In this document: positions 46,291-54,041 of the stretch, piece after piece
Layout: each line of letters opens with the position of its first letter
Position numbering within the stretch: position 1 is the stretch's first letter
DNA from: Escherichia phage vB_EcoM_G17
Sequence record: MK327931.1
Reading direction: 5' to 3' (one strand)
Length of the DNA: 64,000 nt
Position numbers and translations under genes: made by a program
Notes under the pieces: model-generated
What the model was told of the DNA's origin: nothing
Databases searched by the model: none
What the model saw: only the letters and a program-made list of their open reading frames with translations

Positions 46291-46559
46291 AATAAGTACC
46301 CCACTTCGTTAGCTTTCAGGTTAGTATCAATCATCAGTGGATTTTTGTAGTTCACAAAACGATTAGTTTTCTCGATAGCGAATCCCATATAATCCAGCTT
46401 ACTAACAGTACATTCATTCTTAAAAACTTCTTTCGCTGCATCGATGGCTGATTGCATGGATAACCGACCATCTAAATTAATGTTTCCAAATGATCCACCA
46501 GCAGAAGTAGGATTACCGTTCATATCTTTAATGATCATAGTAGCGGAGTAGCTGGACAT
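46287..46559 (-). CDS. hypothetical small protein
   Basis: 90-aa ORF; contains a coding Chi at 46495-502. Confidence 0.7.
   Translation of the reverse strand: MSSYSATMIIKDMNGNPTSAGGSFGNINLDGRLSMQSAIDAAKEVFKNECTVSKLDYMGFAIEKTNRFVNYKNPLMIDTNLKANEVGYLL
46495..46502 (-). other. Chi octamer on minus strand (coding, A-G-G codons)
   Basis: plus strand reads CCACCAGC. Confidence 0.85.
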
Positions 46560-46581
46560 AATTTTGTTTCCTTTTAGTATC

Positions 46582-46640
46582 GGGGAGAACTATTCTCCCC
46601 TTGATGTAAACTATTATACAGTACTGATATACTTTGTCAA
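46582..46640 (-). promoter_or_regulatory. promoter + 5' leader hairpin cassette
   Basis: -35 TTGACA 46635-40, 16-nt spacer, TGnTATAAT -10 at 46613-18; perfect hairpin GGGGAGAA-cta-TTCTCCCC 46582-600. Confidence 0.8.
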
Positions 46641-46646
46641 ATACTT

Positions 46647-47054
46647 TTATTCGCCCATATAGATTAAGTTATCATCGCCTACATAGGGATCGCAAACGTT
46701 GATTTCTTCGCAGTACTTCGTGAATACATCGCCATAGTGACCTAAACCACGATCCCAAAAACCAGTTCCGTGACCTTCGCGGGTAAGGAACAGATCATGA
46801 CCAGCTTGCTCATAACCGTAATCAATAAACATACCGCGAACTACTTCCAGATCATTACCGTGTTTCTCAATGAAGCGAGAACATGCAATCACCGCCGCTT
46901 GACGTGCTTCATCAGATAACTCATAATCTTCCAGGTAATCGCCGTTATCATTATGTACAGTACTGAATTGCATAGCTTCAATGTAAGCTACAACCATTGC
47001 AGCATGATTTTTATCGTTAGTGATGTTCCGAGCGAGATTAGTAGTAGTAGACAT
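46647..47054 (-). CDS. hypothetical protein
   Basis: 135-aa ORF; motif AGHDLFLTREGHGTGFWDRG, family not identified. Confidence 0.75.
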   Translation of the reverse strand: MSTTTNLARNITNDKNHAAMVVAYIEAMQFSTVHNDNGDYLEDYELSDEARQAAVIACSRFIEKHGNDLEVVRGMFIDYGYEQAGHDLFLTREGHGTGFWDRGLGHYGDVFTKYCEEINVCDPYVGDDNLIYMGE

Positions 47055-47075
47055 GATTTTATTCCTTATTGTATT

Positions 47076-47134
47076 GGGGAGAACTATTCTCCCCTTGATG
47101 TAAACTATTATACAGTACTGATATACTTTGTCAA
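47076..47134 (-). promoter_or_regulatory. promoter + 5' leader hairpin cassette
   Basis: near-identical copy of 46582-46640: -35 TTGACA 47129-34, -10 TATAAT 47107-12, hairpin 47076-94. Confidence 0.8.
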
Positions 47135-47137
47135 TAC

Positions 47138-47359
47138 TTAATTACGTTTAAAATGATATGTGCCTTTATCATCCTGTACGCCCCACACTGATTTACCATC
47201 AACACCAGTGAAACCGGATTGTAATTCAATATGGAAACCATTATTATCAACTACAAAAACTTTTTTATTTTCATCCCGATAACATTGATATTCTGAATCA
47301 ACATTAAAGGCCGCATCATTCAGAAGATTGGAAGCGTAAATGCAAGTCATTGTAGTCAT
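47138..47359 (-). CDS. hypothetical small protein
   Basis: trimmed to MTTMTCIY (the track N-term crosses hairpin and promoter). Confidence 0.7.
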   Translation of the reverse strand: MTTMTCIYASNLLNDAAFNVDSEYQCYRDENKKVFVVDNNGFHIELQSGFTGVDGKSVWGVQDDKGTYHFKRN

Positions 47360-47379
47360 GATTTTATTCCTTATTACCA

Positions 47380-47439
47380 GGGAGAACCATTTCCCCCTCT
47401 CTATGTAAAACATTATACTTGATTCTAAGTACAATGCAA
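47380..47439 (-). promoter_or_regulatory. promoter + 5' leader hairpin cassette
   Basis: -35 TTGCAT 47434-39, 16-nt spacer, -10 TATAAT 47412-17; hairpin 47380-97; near-identical to 44185-44246. Confidence 0.75.
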
Positions 47440-47484
47440 GTACTTTTTATCAAATAGTTTTCAGTACTGAATACTTATATAATA

Positions 47485-47566
47485 GATACACTTCCGCACC
47501 CTATGGGTCAGTGAGTTATCTCTCAATGAATATATAATAGCAAAGGGACTGACCGGAGTCAATCCC
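47485..47566 (-). repeat. terminator/promoter/box module, copy 2
   Basis: hairpin 47545-66 with -35 TTGACT 47557-62; 17-nt spacer; -10 TATTAT 47534-39; box GACCCATAGGGTGCGGAAGTGTATC 47485-509. Confidence 0.65.
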
Positions 47567-47580
47567 TTTTTTAATCTTTT

Positions 47581-48165
47581 TTATCGTGTTACCTTACTTG
47601 CTTCTACATCACGCTTTTTATAGTACTGATTCCAGATATTGCGGGTTAAACCGTAATCAAGTACTTTAATAAGGCCATTACGATCCTGGCCGATATTCTG
47701 TTTTCTGATATCTCTTATCGTTAGTGTTGATAATGTATCATCAACGTGTTGTAGTGCATCAGCAAAGCGGTGCTGGCGTTCAATGGCATTACGTTTAATA
47801 TTGTACTTTAATTCATTGCACGCGTTTACGTGCTTTACACTGCCTTTACTTGCAGTACTCAACCGATCCATAACGATAAACATATTATCAGGATCGCATA
47901 AATGCATATGCACCTTTGCAAAGTACTGTTTCAATTGAGGGCGGTCATAATCTAAAAAATTCCATACCTTACATTCAGTTTCATTTTGTTCTACACCCGC
48001 ATCACAATTCGCGACCTTGATCACTAACCGATCATTTAAAGCGAATACAATACGGGAAGAACCCGCACCGATGATCTCCAGACCAGCTAACCGACAAGCT
48101 GAAAGGATCTCTTTGTTGGTTTCCATTTCTGACAGGGTACGGATGAATTTAGTATAATTACGCAT
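47581..48165 (-). CDS. protein kinase-like protein (eukaryotic-like kinase fold)
   Basis: trimmed to MRNYTKF after AAGGAGAA; GAGSSRIVF (Gly loop), VIKV (Lys), RDIRKQNIG (D-x4-N catalytic loop), LDYG (DFG-like). Confidence 0.6.
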   Translation of the reverse strand: MRNYTKFIRTLSEMETNKEILSACRLAGLEIIGAGSSRIVFALNDRLVIKVANCDAGVEQNETECKVWNFLDYDRPQLKQYFAKVHMHLCDPDNMFIVMDRLSTASKGSVKHVNACNELKYNIKRNAIERQHRFADALQHVDDTLSTLTIRDIRKQNIGQDRNGLIKVLDYGLTRNIWNQYYKKRDVEASKVTR

Positions 48166-48196
48166 TGCATGTTCTCCTTGAGTTAATGAAACTATC

Positions 48197-48439
48197 TTAC
48201 AGTACTTTACTATCAATGGCAACTACTTTTTTAACATTAACGGCGTGGATCACCTCCTTAGTGTTTTTAGTACTGAATACTTTCGCCGCCCCATTCACGA
48301 CCGTGATACGATAGCGACCATTAACATCAACCATATTAATAAAGTCCGGCGTGCTGAATGGTGTTGTTTTACATTTGAGTACTGTTAACAATTCCACCAG
48401 CGATGTAGTTTCTTTGATACGTTTTTCTAAAGTAATCAT
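48197..48439 (-). CDS. hypothetical small protein
   Basis: 80-aa ORF; contains a coding Chi at 48394-401. Confidence 0.7.
   Translation of the reverse strand: MITLEKRIKETTSLVELLTVLKCKTTPFSTPDFINMVDVNGRYRITVVNGAAKVFSTKNTKEVIHAVNVKKVVAIDSKVL
48394..48401 (-). other. Chi octamer on minus strand (coding)
   Basis: plus strand reads CCACCAGC. Confidence 0.85.
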
Positions 48440-48468
48440 TTTGTTTTTCCCCGTGTTGGTATGTACAT

Positions 48469-48497
48469 ATAGTACTAAAACATTTGAGTACTGTCAA
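48469..48497 (-). promoter_or_regulatory. sigma70-like promoter
   Basis: -35 TTGACA 48492-97, 17-nt spacer, -10 TACTAT 48469-74. Confidence 0.65.
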
Positions 48498-48716
48498 TTA
48501 GATAATATTATATTTCTTAAAATAAAATGCGTCCTGTGTTGGTTGATACTCAATGCCATTGCCGTTATTGACTTCAACTAATAAACCTTTGTCAATAAGT
48601 TTTTTAATAGTACGATACCCTTGTTGAAAATTGGTAAAATGTGAATCATTACGAAAGGTATAACCGTGCTTAACTGCTTCATCAATAGTTTTCTTTTCGA
48701 TTTTAGATAATTTCAT
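48498..48716 (-). CDS. hypothetical small protein (possible winged-helix-like)
   Basis: trimmed to MKLSKIEKK; YRTIKKLIDKGLLVEV helix-like segment, weak. Confidence 0.65.
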   Translation of the reverse strand: MKLSKIEKKTIDEAVKHGYTFRNDSHFTNFQQGYRTIKKLIDKGLLVEVNNGNGIEYQPTQDAFYFKKYNII

Positions 48717-48744
48717 TTTGTTTCTCCCGTGTTGGTATATGTAC

Positions 48745-48773
48745 ATAGTACTAAAACATTTGAGTACTGTCAA
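48745..48773 (-). promoter_or_regulatory. sigma70-like promoter (paralog of 48469-48497)
   Basis: -35 TTGACA 48768-73, 17-nt spacer, -10 TACTAT 48745-50. Confidence 0.65.
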
Positions 48774-49024
48774 CGTGATATTAGTTTTATTTTCTTATTA
48801 TATTGTTGGTGTTCATATAGGTTTATCTTTCCTGTGTTCTCAATTACTATTCTGTTGTTAGTGTCCACATCGATTACACGCAGTTTCCCGTTGCTTAACT
48901 TCCTTGGTAATAGGTTACCATTAATAAACTCATTAGCAAGCTGTACGGCCTTTGTGATGATTCTCTTCGGTGCTTTATAGTGTACCCGTAAGATGTTATC
49001 TTTATATAGTTGAACCTTAATCAT
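48770..49024 (-). CDS. hypothetical small protein
   Basis: 84-aa ORF. Confidence 0.65.
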   Translation of the reverse strand: MIKVQLYKDNILRVHYKAPKRIITKAVQLANEFINGNLLPRKLSNGKLRVIDVDTNNRIVIENTGKINLYEHQQYNKKIKLISR

Positions 49025-49038
49025 TTTGTTTGTCCTAT

Positions 49039-49063
49039 AAAAAAGGCGGGAACTGATCCCGCC
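49039..49063 (-). terminator. rho-independent terminator
   Basis: GGCGGGA-5nt-TCCCGCC followed by T6 on minus strand after 49086..49490. Confidence 0.8.
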
Positions 49064-49085
49064 GTGTTGTTAGTACTGCAAGTTA

Positions 49086-49490
49086 TTAGATAACCTGGCG
49101 GCGTTTACTGAATACTGTTACACGATTACCCTTACGGTCGTGTCGGATCTCTTTCTGGTTGCGAATCAGTTCACTTGGACGCTTAAGGTTTGCCAGGTGA
49201 TCCGCGTGAGTCCATGCGGTGTGGTTTACCTGTACTTTGATATCAGAATCAGCGATAAACTCATCTTGTGCGTCAAGTATTGCCGCCAGCATATCCGCTC
49301 GTTTTAGTTCTGCTGCTGTCAGTACTGGCTCAGGTGAATTCACAATATCAGAGATTTCTTTGAACTGTACGGCCCAGCGTTGACCTTTCGGTGCATCTTT
49401 GCCCATGTCTTTAAATGCTGCTCCTTCCTCGCGTGCAACAATACGGGCAGCTTCACGGGTAGCGTAGAATTTAGTAATCATGGTATACAT
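49086..49490 (-). CDS. hypothetical protein, paralog of 61268..61534
   Basis: shared FYATREAARI..GA.FKDMG..G.RWA and C-term DRKGNRVTV. Confidence 0.75.
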   Translation of the reverse strand: MYTMITKFYATREAARIVAREEGAAFKDMGKDAPKGQRWAVQFKEISDIVNSPEPVLTAAELKRADMLAAILDAQDEFIADSDIKVQVNHTAWTHADHLANLKRPSELIRNQKEIRHDRKGNRVTVFSKRRQVI

Positions 49491-49525
49491 CCTATTAGTT
49501 GAGATAGTACTACAAGTTAGAGTCT

Positions 49526-49554
49526 ATTATAAAGTACTATCTGGGCAATGTCAA
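49526..49554 (-). promoter_or_regulatory. sigma70 consensus promoter
   Basis: -35 TTGACA 49549-54, 17-nt spacer, -10 TATAAT 49526-31. Confidence 0.75.
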
Positions 49555-49576
49555 ATAGTACTTTAAATGGATTCTA

Positions 49577-49900
49577 TTACATGTCTTTCTTACGTTTTAC
49601 ATCGTAGTATCGAACTGTAATTTCTTTGTTGATCTCTTCCTCGATGCGGTGAATAACTTTTTCTTTCGGGTTGAAACCTATAACGGTTTCTTTAATGATC
49701 TCCAAGCCCGTGTATTCGCCTTGTGTACCGTAACCGTATGTAAAGGTTTCGTGTCCCAGGTCTTCCCAGCGGTCGCCAATTAACGCTGACACGTAGCAAG
49801 AGTGGTAAGTATTGCCGTTCCGATCAGTCCAGCGATTAACTTTAATGTCAAAGGAGGTTACAATTTTCAGTTCTACTTTCTGGGTAAGGATCATAGCCAT
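49577..49900 (-). CDS. hypothetical protein, paralog of 55695..56018
   Basis: shared RWTD..GNTYHSC.VS...FTYGY...VKRKKD. Confidence 0.75.
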   Translation of the reverse strand: MAMILTQKVELKIVTSFDIKVNRWTDRNGNTYHSCYVSALIGDRWEDLGHETFTYGYGTQGEYTGLEIIKETVIGFNPKEKVIHRIEEEINKEITVRYYDVKRKKDM

Positions 49901-49923
49901 TTTTATTTCTCTCTCTTTGTTAG

Positions 49924-49984
49924 GAGGGGAACCATTCCCCTCGCTTGATGTAAACTATTATACAGTACTAAGATACTTTGTCAA
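49924..49984 (-). promoter_or_regulatory. promoter + 5' leader hairpin cassette
   Basis: -35 TTGACA 49979-84, 16-nt spacer, -10 TATAAT 49957-62; hairpin GAGGGGAA..TTCCCCTC 49924-42. Confidence 0.8.
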
Positions 49985-49987
49985 TAC

Positions 49988-50170
49988 TTATTTTTTGGAA
50001 AGTTTACGCATTAATTCTACGCTTTCTTGTGAACGTTTTGCTACCTGGCAAGCTGTATGGGCAGTAAACATTTTTGTATAGTCTGACGCTTTGCCACCAA
50101 ACCGAGCGGCACGTTCACGGGCACTTGGAACTAATACTATTTCTTTCTTGCAGATAGTGCACTTAGCCAT
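49988..50170 (-). CDS. small Cys-containing protein (possible zinc ribbon)
   Basis: trimmed to MAKCTICKKE; C-x2-C ... H-x2-C. Confidence 0.65.
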   Translation of the reverse strand: MAKCTICKKEIVLVPSARERAARFGGKASDYTKMFTAHTACQVAKRSQESVELMRKLSKK

Positions 50171-50193
50171 TTTTATTTCTCTCTCTTTGTTAG

Positions 50194-50255
50194 GAGGGGA
50201 ACCGTTTCCCCTCACTTGATGTAAACTATTATACAGTACTAAGATACTTTATCAA
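50194..50255 (-). promoter_or_regulatory. promoter + 5' leader hairpin cassette (~85-bp duplicate of 49903-49985)
   Basis: -35 TTGATA 50250-55, 16-nt spacer, -10 TATAAT 50228-33; hairpin 50194-213. Confidence 0.75.
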
Positions 50256-50258
50256 TAC

Positions 50259-50534
50259 TTAAGTATTGTAAATGTCGTGAATAGTGATAAAGTTTTTACG
50301 ACCGTAAACCTGCAAATCAATATCAATGTAGTGCTTATCTAGTACATCCTCGACGCTTAACGCGGTGTCGTGGATATCTTCGTAGAATTGAGGATCTACA
50401 ATCTTGCTTAAGTCATCCGGCGTTAACTTATCGTTAAGCCATTGAACCGCCTGGATATCTGCTTCACGTTTCCAGTCTTCCAGGTTAGTAGTCAGTACTT
50501 GTTCGATTTCGTTAGCTGTCAGTAGAATCCGCAT
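50259..50534 (-). CDS. hypothetical small protein
   Basis: 91-aa ORF. Confidence 0.7.
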   Translation of the reverse strand: MRILLTANEIEQVLTTNLEDWKREADIQAVQWLNDKLTPDDLSKIVDPQFYEDIHDTALSVEDVLDKHYIDIDLQVYGRKNFITIHDIYNT

Positions 50535-50567
50535 TTTTATGTTTCCTTATCAGTGGTTGATGTAAGT

Positions 50568-50595
50568 ATTATACTCGTTTACTTTCTATTGTCAA
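50568..50595 (-). promoter_or_regulatory. sigma70-like promoter (proximal of a tandem pair)
   Basis: -35 TTGACA 50590-95, 16-nt spacer, -10 TATAAT 50568-73. Confidence 0.7.
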
Positions 50596-50605
50596 ACTAT
50601 TTTAT

Positions 50606-50674
50606 CAGGGGAGTTTTTCGTATGTCTTACTCCTGGACTACTTAACAGGGTTACTTATTTCGTTCCCCGTCCTG
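50606..50674 (-). promoter_or_regulatory. conserved ~70-nt leader element, copy 1
   Basis: CAGGGGAGTTTTTCG..CTTACTCCTGG.CTACTTAAC..CGTTCCCCGTCCTG; complementary ends; copies at 60594-60664 and (diverged) 57590-57647. Confidence 0.45.
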
Positions 50675-50683
50675 ATGTAAAAC

Positions 50684-50711
50684 ATTATACTTGATTCTAA
50701 GTACAATGCAA
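50684..50711 (-). promoter_or_regulatory. sigma70-like promoter (distal of a tandem pair)
   Basis: -35 TTGCAT 50706-11, 16-nt spacer, -10 TATAAT 50684-89. Confidence 0.7.
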
Positions 50712-50742
50712 GTACTTTTTTAAAAATAGTTTTCAGTACTAG

Positions 50743-50750
50743 CCACCAGC
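50743..50750 (-). other. Chi octamer on minus strand (intergenic)
   Basis: plus strand reads CCACCAGC. Confidence 0.85.
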
Positions 50751-50758
50751 AAACAATA

Positions 50759-50835
50759 GATACATTTATGCACCCTGTGGGCTGATTTGTTTCTATGCGT
50801 ATATAATAGCAAAGGGACTGACCGGAGTCAATCCC
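50759..50835 (-). repeat. terminator/promoter/box module, copy 3
   Basis: hairpin 50814-35 with -35 TTGACT 50826-31; 17-nt spacer; -10 TATTAT 50803-08; box AGCCCACAGGGTGCATAAATGTATC 50759-83. Confidence 0.65.
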
Positions 50836-50849
50836 TTTTTCAAATATTT

Positions 50850-50999
50850 TTAAACTTCTTTCGGGTTGCGATAGGTGATAGCGTTCGGGTACATTTGTTT
50901 AATGTTATTCCATGCCTGGTTAACATTATAACCACTTGAGCGAATCAGTTGGTTACTACCGACACCTTGAAACACTACTTCGAATAAGAATTCTTTCAT
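50850..50999 (-). CDS. small protein (49 aa)
   Basis: below track cutoff; ATGA-coupled to the upstream ORF; MKEFLFEVVFQGVGSNQLIRSSG... Confidence 0.5.
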   Translation of the reverse strand: MKEFLFEVVFQGVGSNQLIRSSGYNVNQAWNNIKQMYPNAITYRNPKEV

Positions 51000-51169
51000 G
51001 CTTTCACCTCGCTATCTGCTTTACCTTTACGCCAGGACATTACTAATTGTTCGCGTTGCCATAAGTCGAGTGATACAAAAAGTTTTGCGGTATCACTTTT
51101 AGGATACTCGCCAGTAGTACCTAACCGATAAAACAGATCTTTCAGTACTGATAATTCTACTTGAATCAT
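50996..51169 (-). CDS. small protein (57 aa)
   Basis: below track cutoff; ATGA-coupled on both sides. Confidence 0.5.
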   Translation of the reverse strand: MIQVELSVLKDLFYRLGTTGEYPKSDTAKLFVSLDLWQREQLVMSWRKGKADSEVKA

Positions 51170-51258
51170 TTTATTACTCCTGATTGCGTTAATACTTCTA
51201 CTATTGCATGAATGATCATAAGTACAGCTAACACAATAATCATCGGATTCATTTGCAT
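51166..51258 (-). CDS. hydrophobic micro-protein (30 aa)
   Basis: MQMNPMIIVLAVLMIIHAIVEVLTQSGVIK; ATGA-coupled to the next ORF. Confidence 0.4.
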   Translation of the reverse strand: MQMNPMIIVLAVLMIIHAIVEVLTQSGVIK

Positions 51259-51275
51259 AAGCTGTACTCCTTATA

Positions 51276-51488
51276 TTAATCTTTCAGCCAATGATCTTGA
51301 ATGAATTTTTCACCGTATCCCTGTTTCATGGATTCTAACAGGCGTTCGCGGTGAGCGGCGGCATATTGCTCAGTACTATGCGTTACGCCAGGCTGATAAC
51401 GTGATACCCCATCCGGTCCGATGTATTGTACATCCCACGGTTTTTCGTTAGTATCAGACCATTTACGAACGATTAGTTGACCTTGCAT
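51276..51488 (-). CDS. hypothetical small protein
   Basis: 70-aa ORF, first gene of a 4-gene mini-operon. Confidence 0.7.
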   Translation of the reverse strand: MQGQLIVRKWSDTNEKPWDVQYIGPDGVSRYQPGVTHSTEQYAAAHRERLLESMKQGYGEKFIQDHWLKD

Positions 51489-51505
51489 TTTTCTTTCCTC
51501 TCAGT

Positions 51506-51565
51506 GGGGAGAATCATTTCTCCCCTTCATGTAACTTATTATACAGTACTAGATTATCTTGTCAA
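51506..51565 (-). promoter_or_regulatory. promoter + 5' leader hairpin cassette
   Basis: -35 TTGACA 51560-65, 16-nt spacer, -10 TATAAT 51538-43; hairpin GGGGAGAA-tcat-TTCTCCCC 51506-25. Confidence 0.8.
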
Positions 51566-51571
51566 TAGTTT

Positions 51572-51895
51572 TTATTCACCTTGTTTGAATTTAGTTTTCT
51601 CCATTGATTCCATGATTGCAACCAATACGCTGTGGATCTCGCTTAACGCGGAATCACTGAAAGCATTAATGAATAGTCGATCATTCTCGCGAATATTTTT
51701 AATGTACTTTTCAGCAGTAGTTGCGAATTCATTCAACGGTAGATCAAATGCTTTATCCCATGATGGATGGCGTAATTGTAACAGTACTGGATTATCACGA
51801 TCACCAGGGGAAAACGTACCAGTGATGAAACATACGCCCGGAATACTTTCGAACTGGCAACGGACTTCCTTTGTGATAGTAGTATGAATGTACAT
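51572..51895 (-). CDS. hypothetical protein
   Basis: 107-aa ORF. Confidence 0.7.
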   Translation of the reverse strand: MYIHTTITKEVRCQFESIPGVCFITGTFSPGDRDNPVLLQLRHPSWDKAFDLPLNEFATTAEKYIKNIRENDRLFINAFSDSALSEIHSVLVAIMESMEKTKFKQGE

Positions 51896-51922
51896 TTATT
51901 GTTATCCTCTATTAAATTAATA

Positions 51923-52117
51923 TTACAGTTTATGAATCAATTCTTTATCTAAGCGATAGCGTACATTATTAATAGTAACGGCATTGTTTTTAATGCTACG
52001 CTGTACAGGTCCACCAGCAATAACAAATGTTGCTTTATTACCCCGAACAATGATAGCACTTCCAGGATTACCGAAATCATCTTGTACTAAAATACTTGAT
52101 AAGTTTTCCATTTTCAT
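51923..52117 (-). CDS. hypothetical small protein
   Basis: 64-aa ORF; contains a coding Chi at 52011-18. Confidence 0.7.
   Translation of the reverse strand: MKMENLSSILVQDDFGNPGSAIIVRGNKATFVIAGGPVQRSIKNNAVTINNVRYRLDKELIHKL
52011..52018 (-). other. Chi octamer on minus strand (coding, A-G-G codons)
   Basis: plus strand reads CCACCAGC. Confidence 0.85.
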
Positions 52118-52129
52118 TTCCTCTTAGTA

Positions 52130-52186
52130 GGGGAAGATGTTTCCCCTTGATGTAAGTACTATAACACTACTGGATAGTACTGTCAA
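52130..52186 (-). promoter_or_regulatory. promoter + 5' leader hairpin cassette
   Basis: -35 TTGACA 52181-86, 17-nt spacer, -10 TATAGT 52158-63; hairpin GGGGAA..TTCCCC 52130-46. Confidence 0.75.
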
Positions 52187-52192
52187 TACTTT

Positions 52193-52450
52193 TTATCTCA
52201 TAGATCTATGCCAACAATTACGCGGGGGACGTTTAAAAGTACTATCATGATCCTCCTGGCAAGTTATGCAGTACTTACATCCCTTAACAGCCTGGCGGCG
52301 ATTCTCAGGGATTTTATCGCCACAGTCGAGGCAATGTATCAGTGATTCTATTTGTGCGTTAATTTGCTTTCTAGCGTGGTTTACGGCGGCCTGAATCACT
52401 GCGTTAATCTCGTCTTGTTCGGCCCCGTCTTTCGCGAATCCTACAGCCAT
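52193..52450 (-). CDS. TraR/DksA-family C4 zinc-finger protein
   Basis: CLDCGDKIPENRRQAVKGCKYCITCQ matches the C-x2-C-x17-C-x2-C TraR/DksA signature with IP..RR. Confidence 0.75.
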   Translation of the reverse strand: MAVGFAKDGAEQDEINAVIQAAVNHARKQINAQIESLIHCLDCGDKIPENRRQAVKGCKYCITCQEDHDSTFKRPPRNCWHRSMR

Positions 52451-52647
52451 TATTTTAACCTTTTTCTATCATTAATTAATGCTTTCAGTACTATACTAAT
52501 AACTTGCAATGATTCATCAATGACTATAAAATTATTTTCTTTCATTAGATGATAGTTACCATTGATATTATATTCTAACGAGTACTGTTTACGTTTAATT
52601 TTTGATAATGTTTCTATTTGTTTTTGTACTGATTTCATGCTAATCAT
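52450..52647 (-). CDS. hypothetical small protein
   Basis: 65-aa ORF, 1-nt overlap with the TraR-like gene. Confidence 0.65.
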   Translation of the reverse strand: MISMKSVQKQIETLSKIKRKQYSLEYNINGNYHLMKENNFIVIDESLQVISIVLKALINDRKRLK

Positions 52648-52723
52648 TGTTAAACGTCCTGTAACGCATTCTAACGAGATAAACGGTTTAGTACTGGCAT
52701 TGTATAGGGTAATGAATTAAAGC

Positions 52724-52731
52724 CCACCAGC
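52724..52731 (-). other. Chi octamer on minus strand (intergenic, inside hairpin AGCCCAC..GTGGGCT)
   Basis: plus strand reads CCACCAGC. Confidence 0.85.
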
Positions 52732-52752
52732 GTTAACCAGTGGGCTATAATC

Positions 52753-52896
52753 TTACATCTTGCGGATAATCTTAACAGTATCTTTCACCGATTTACCGTC
52801 TTGCTGGCATTGCTCGATCATTGCGTATTGTTCTGCGGTCAGATCCTCGCCAGTTTTTGCCAGTACTGCGTCGATGAATGAATCCAGTGCGATCAT
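52753..52896 (-). CDS. small protein (47 aa), paralog of 56635..56787
   Basis: below track cutoff; own promoter; C-term CQQDGKSVKDTVKIIRKM vs CAKHGKTINETASIIDKL. Confidence 0.55.
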   Translation of the reverse strand: MIALDSFIDAVLAKTGEDLTAEQYAMIEQCQQDGKSVKDTVKIIRKM

Positions 52897-52940
52897 TTTA
52901 TTTCTCTCTTAGGTTAAGTTAACTACTGTTTATAAAACTT

Positions 52941-52968
52941 ATTATACAGTACTATCAAACGTTGTCAA
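52941..52968 (-). promoter_or_regulatory. sigma70 consensus promoter
   Basis: -35 TTGACA 52963-68, 16-nt spacer, -10 TATAAT 52941-46. Confidence 0.7.
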
Positions 52969-52995
52969 TATATTTAATAGTACTGGTAATATATT

Positions 52996-53175
52996 TTAGC
53001 GGTAATCGTCGTATGCTTTATTCACCTGGCGAATGTAACTTTCAAAGGCTTCGTCTACCGTTTCATACTCCCGAACATAATCACCATAGGAAACTACATA
53101 CATACCTTTTTGATCTTCAAACGTCATGATGATAGAATCCAGACCAACGATTTCAGTTTTTGCGATGATAGCCAT
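52996..53175 (-). CDS. small protein (59 aa)
   Basis: below track cutoff; AAGGAAT SD region; own promoter. Confidence 0.55.
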   Translation of the reverse strand: MAIIAKTEIVGLDSIIMTFEDQKGMYVVSYGDYVREYETVDEAFESYIRQVNKAYDDYR

Positions 53176-53211
53176 TTTTTTAATTCCTTAGTAGTGTAGT
53201 TGATAAAACTT

Positions 53212-53240
53212 ATTATGCCAGTACTATCAATCATTGTCAA
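53212..53240 (-). promoter_or_regulatory. sigma70-like promoter (duplicate of 56060-56088)
   Basis: -35 TTGACA 53235-40, 17-nt spacer, -10 CATAAT 53212-17. Confidence 0.7.
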
Positions 53241-53268
53241 TAGCTTTGATAGTACTGTGATAATATTT

Positions 53269-53481
53269 TTAGTTAATGATAGTCAGTGTAAAATTGTAAT
53301 CACCACAGCGATATAGCACGTTATTCCCAAATGTTCCAACTAATCGCACATCACACAAAACGCCGGTTTTTTCTTTTACTTCCTTGATACTTGTAACTCC
53401 TGTAATATCTTTATTAAAGTATTCATGATCTGAAAATAAAACTTGTTTTGCATTTTTTAATTTCGACCGGATATTAGCCAT
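53269..53481 (-). CDS. hypothetical small protein
   Basis: 70-aa ORF. Confidence 0.7.
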   Translation of the reverse strand: MANIRSKLKNAKQVLFSDHEYFNKDITGVTSIKEVKEKTGVLCDVRLVGTFGNNVLYRCGDYNFTLTIIN

Positions 53482-53501
53482 TTTGTTTTCTCTCTGTTAG
53501 T

Positions 53502-53561
53502 GGGGAGAAGTTTTTCTCCCCTTGATGTAAACTATTATACAGTACTATAATCTATTGTCAA
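53502..53561 (-). promoter_or_regulatory. promoter + 5' leader hairpin cassette
   Basis: -35 TTGACA 53556-61, 16-nt spacer, -10 TATAAT 53534-39; hairpin GGGGAGAA-gttt-TTCTCCCC 53502-21. Confidence 0.8.
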
Positions 53562-53576
53562 ACTATTTTTTTTATA

Positions 53577-53918
53577 TTATTCGAAATCTTCTGGACCGGA
53601 CTGATAATCATCTTCACCGTATGCACTTTCTAACTTCTCGCCAGTGTGGTCATCAGTTAGTGAGTCATCCTCATAGTTCACGTCTACGCCAGTGATGTAA
53701 AACTGGCTATCGTCTGGATCATTGAAATTAATTTTCTGTATGTTTACAATAACTGTATTGATGCCCAGGACACCGCCATCAGCCGTTACAAAGTACTGAT
53801 ATTTTTCACAACCGCCTGAATTGAAACCGTAATTAATTTCGGCCCGACCATCATTTAAACGCAGTGCCTGAGCGATGATTTCATTTTCAAAGTTAGATTG
53901 AGCAATTGAGATAGTCAT
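53577..53918 (-). CDS. hypothetical acidic protein
   Basis: 113-aa ORF. Confidence 0.7.
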   Translation of the reverse strand: MTISIAQSNFENEIIAQALRLNDGRAEINYGFNSGGCEKYQYFVTADGGVLGINTVIVNIQKINFNDPDDSQFYITGVDVNYEDDSLTDDHTGEKLESAYGEDDYQSGPEDFE

Positions 53919-53938
53919 GATTTGTTTCCTTATTACCA

Positions 53939-53997
53939 GGGGAAACCGTTTCCCCTTTCGATGTAAAACATTATACGCTTATTGAGATAGTTTGCAA
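53939..53997 (-). promoter_or_regulatory. promoter + 5' leader hairpin cassette
   Basis: -35 TTGCAA 53992-97, 16-nt spacer, -10 TATAAT 53970-75; hairpin GGGGAAAC-cg-TTTCCCC 53939-55. Confidence 0.75.
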
Positions 53998-54041
53998 GTA
54001 CTTTTTAAAAATAGTTTTCAGTACTCAAACATTATACAATA

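Noticed and set aside
50850-50999. FEVVFQG in a 49-aa early ORF, resembling the HRV-3C site LEVLFQ|GP
   Set aside because: It is a single occurrence in an unrelated tiny ORF, which is compatible with chance. It is noted only as a possible cross-check for the protease-site idea.
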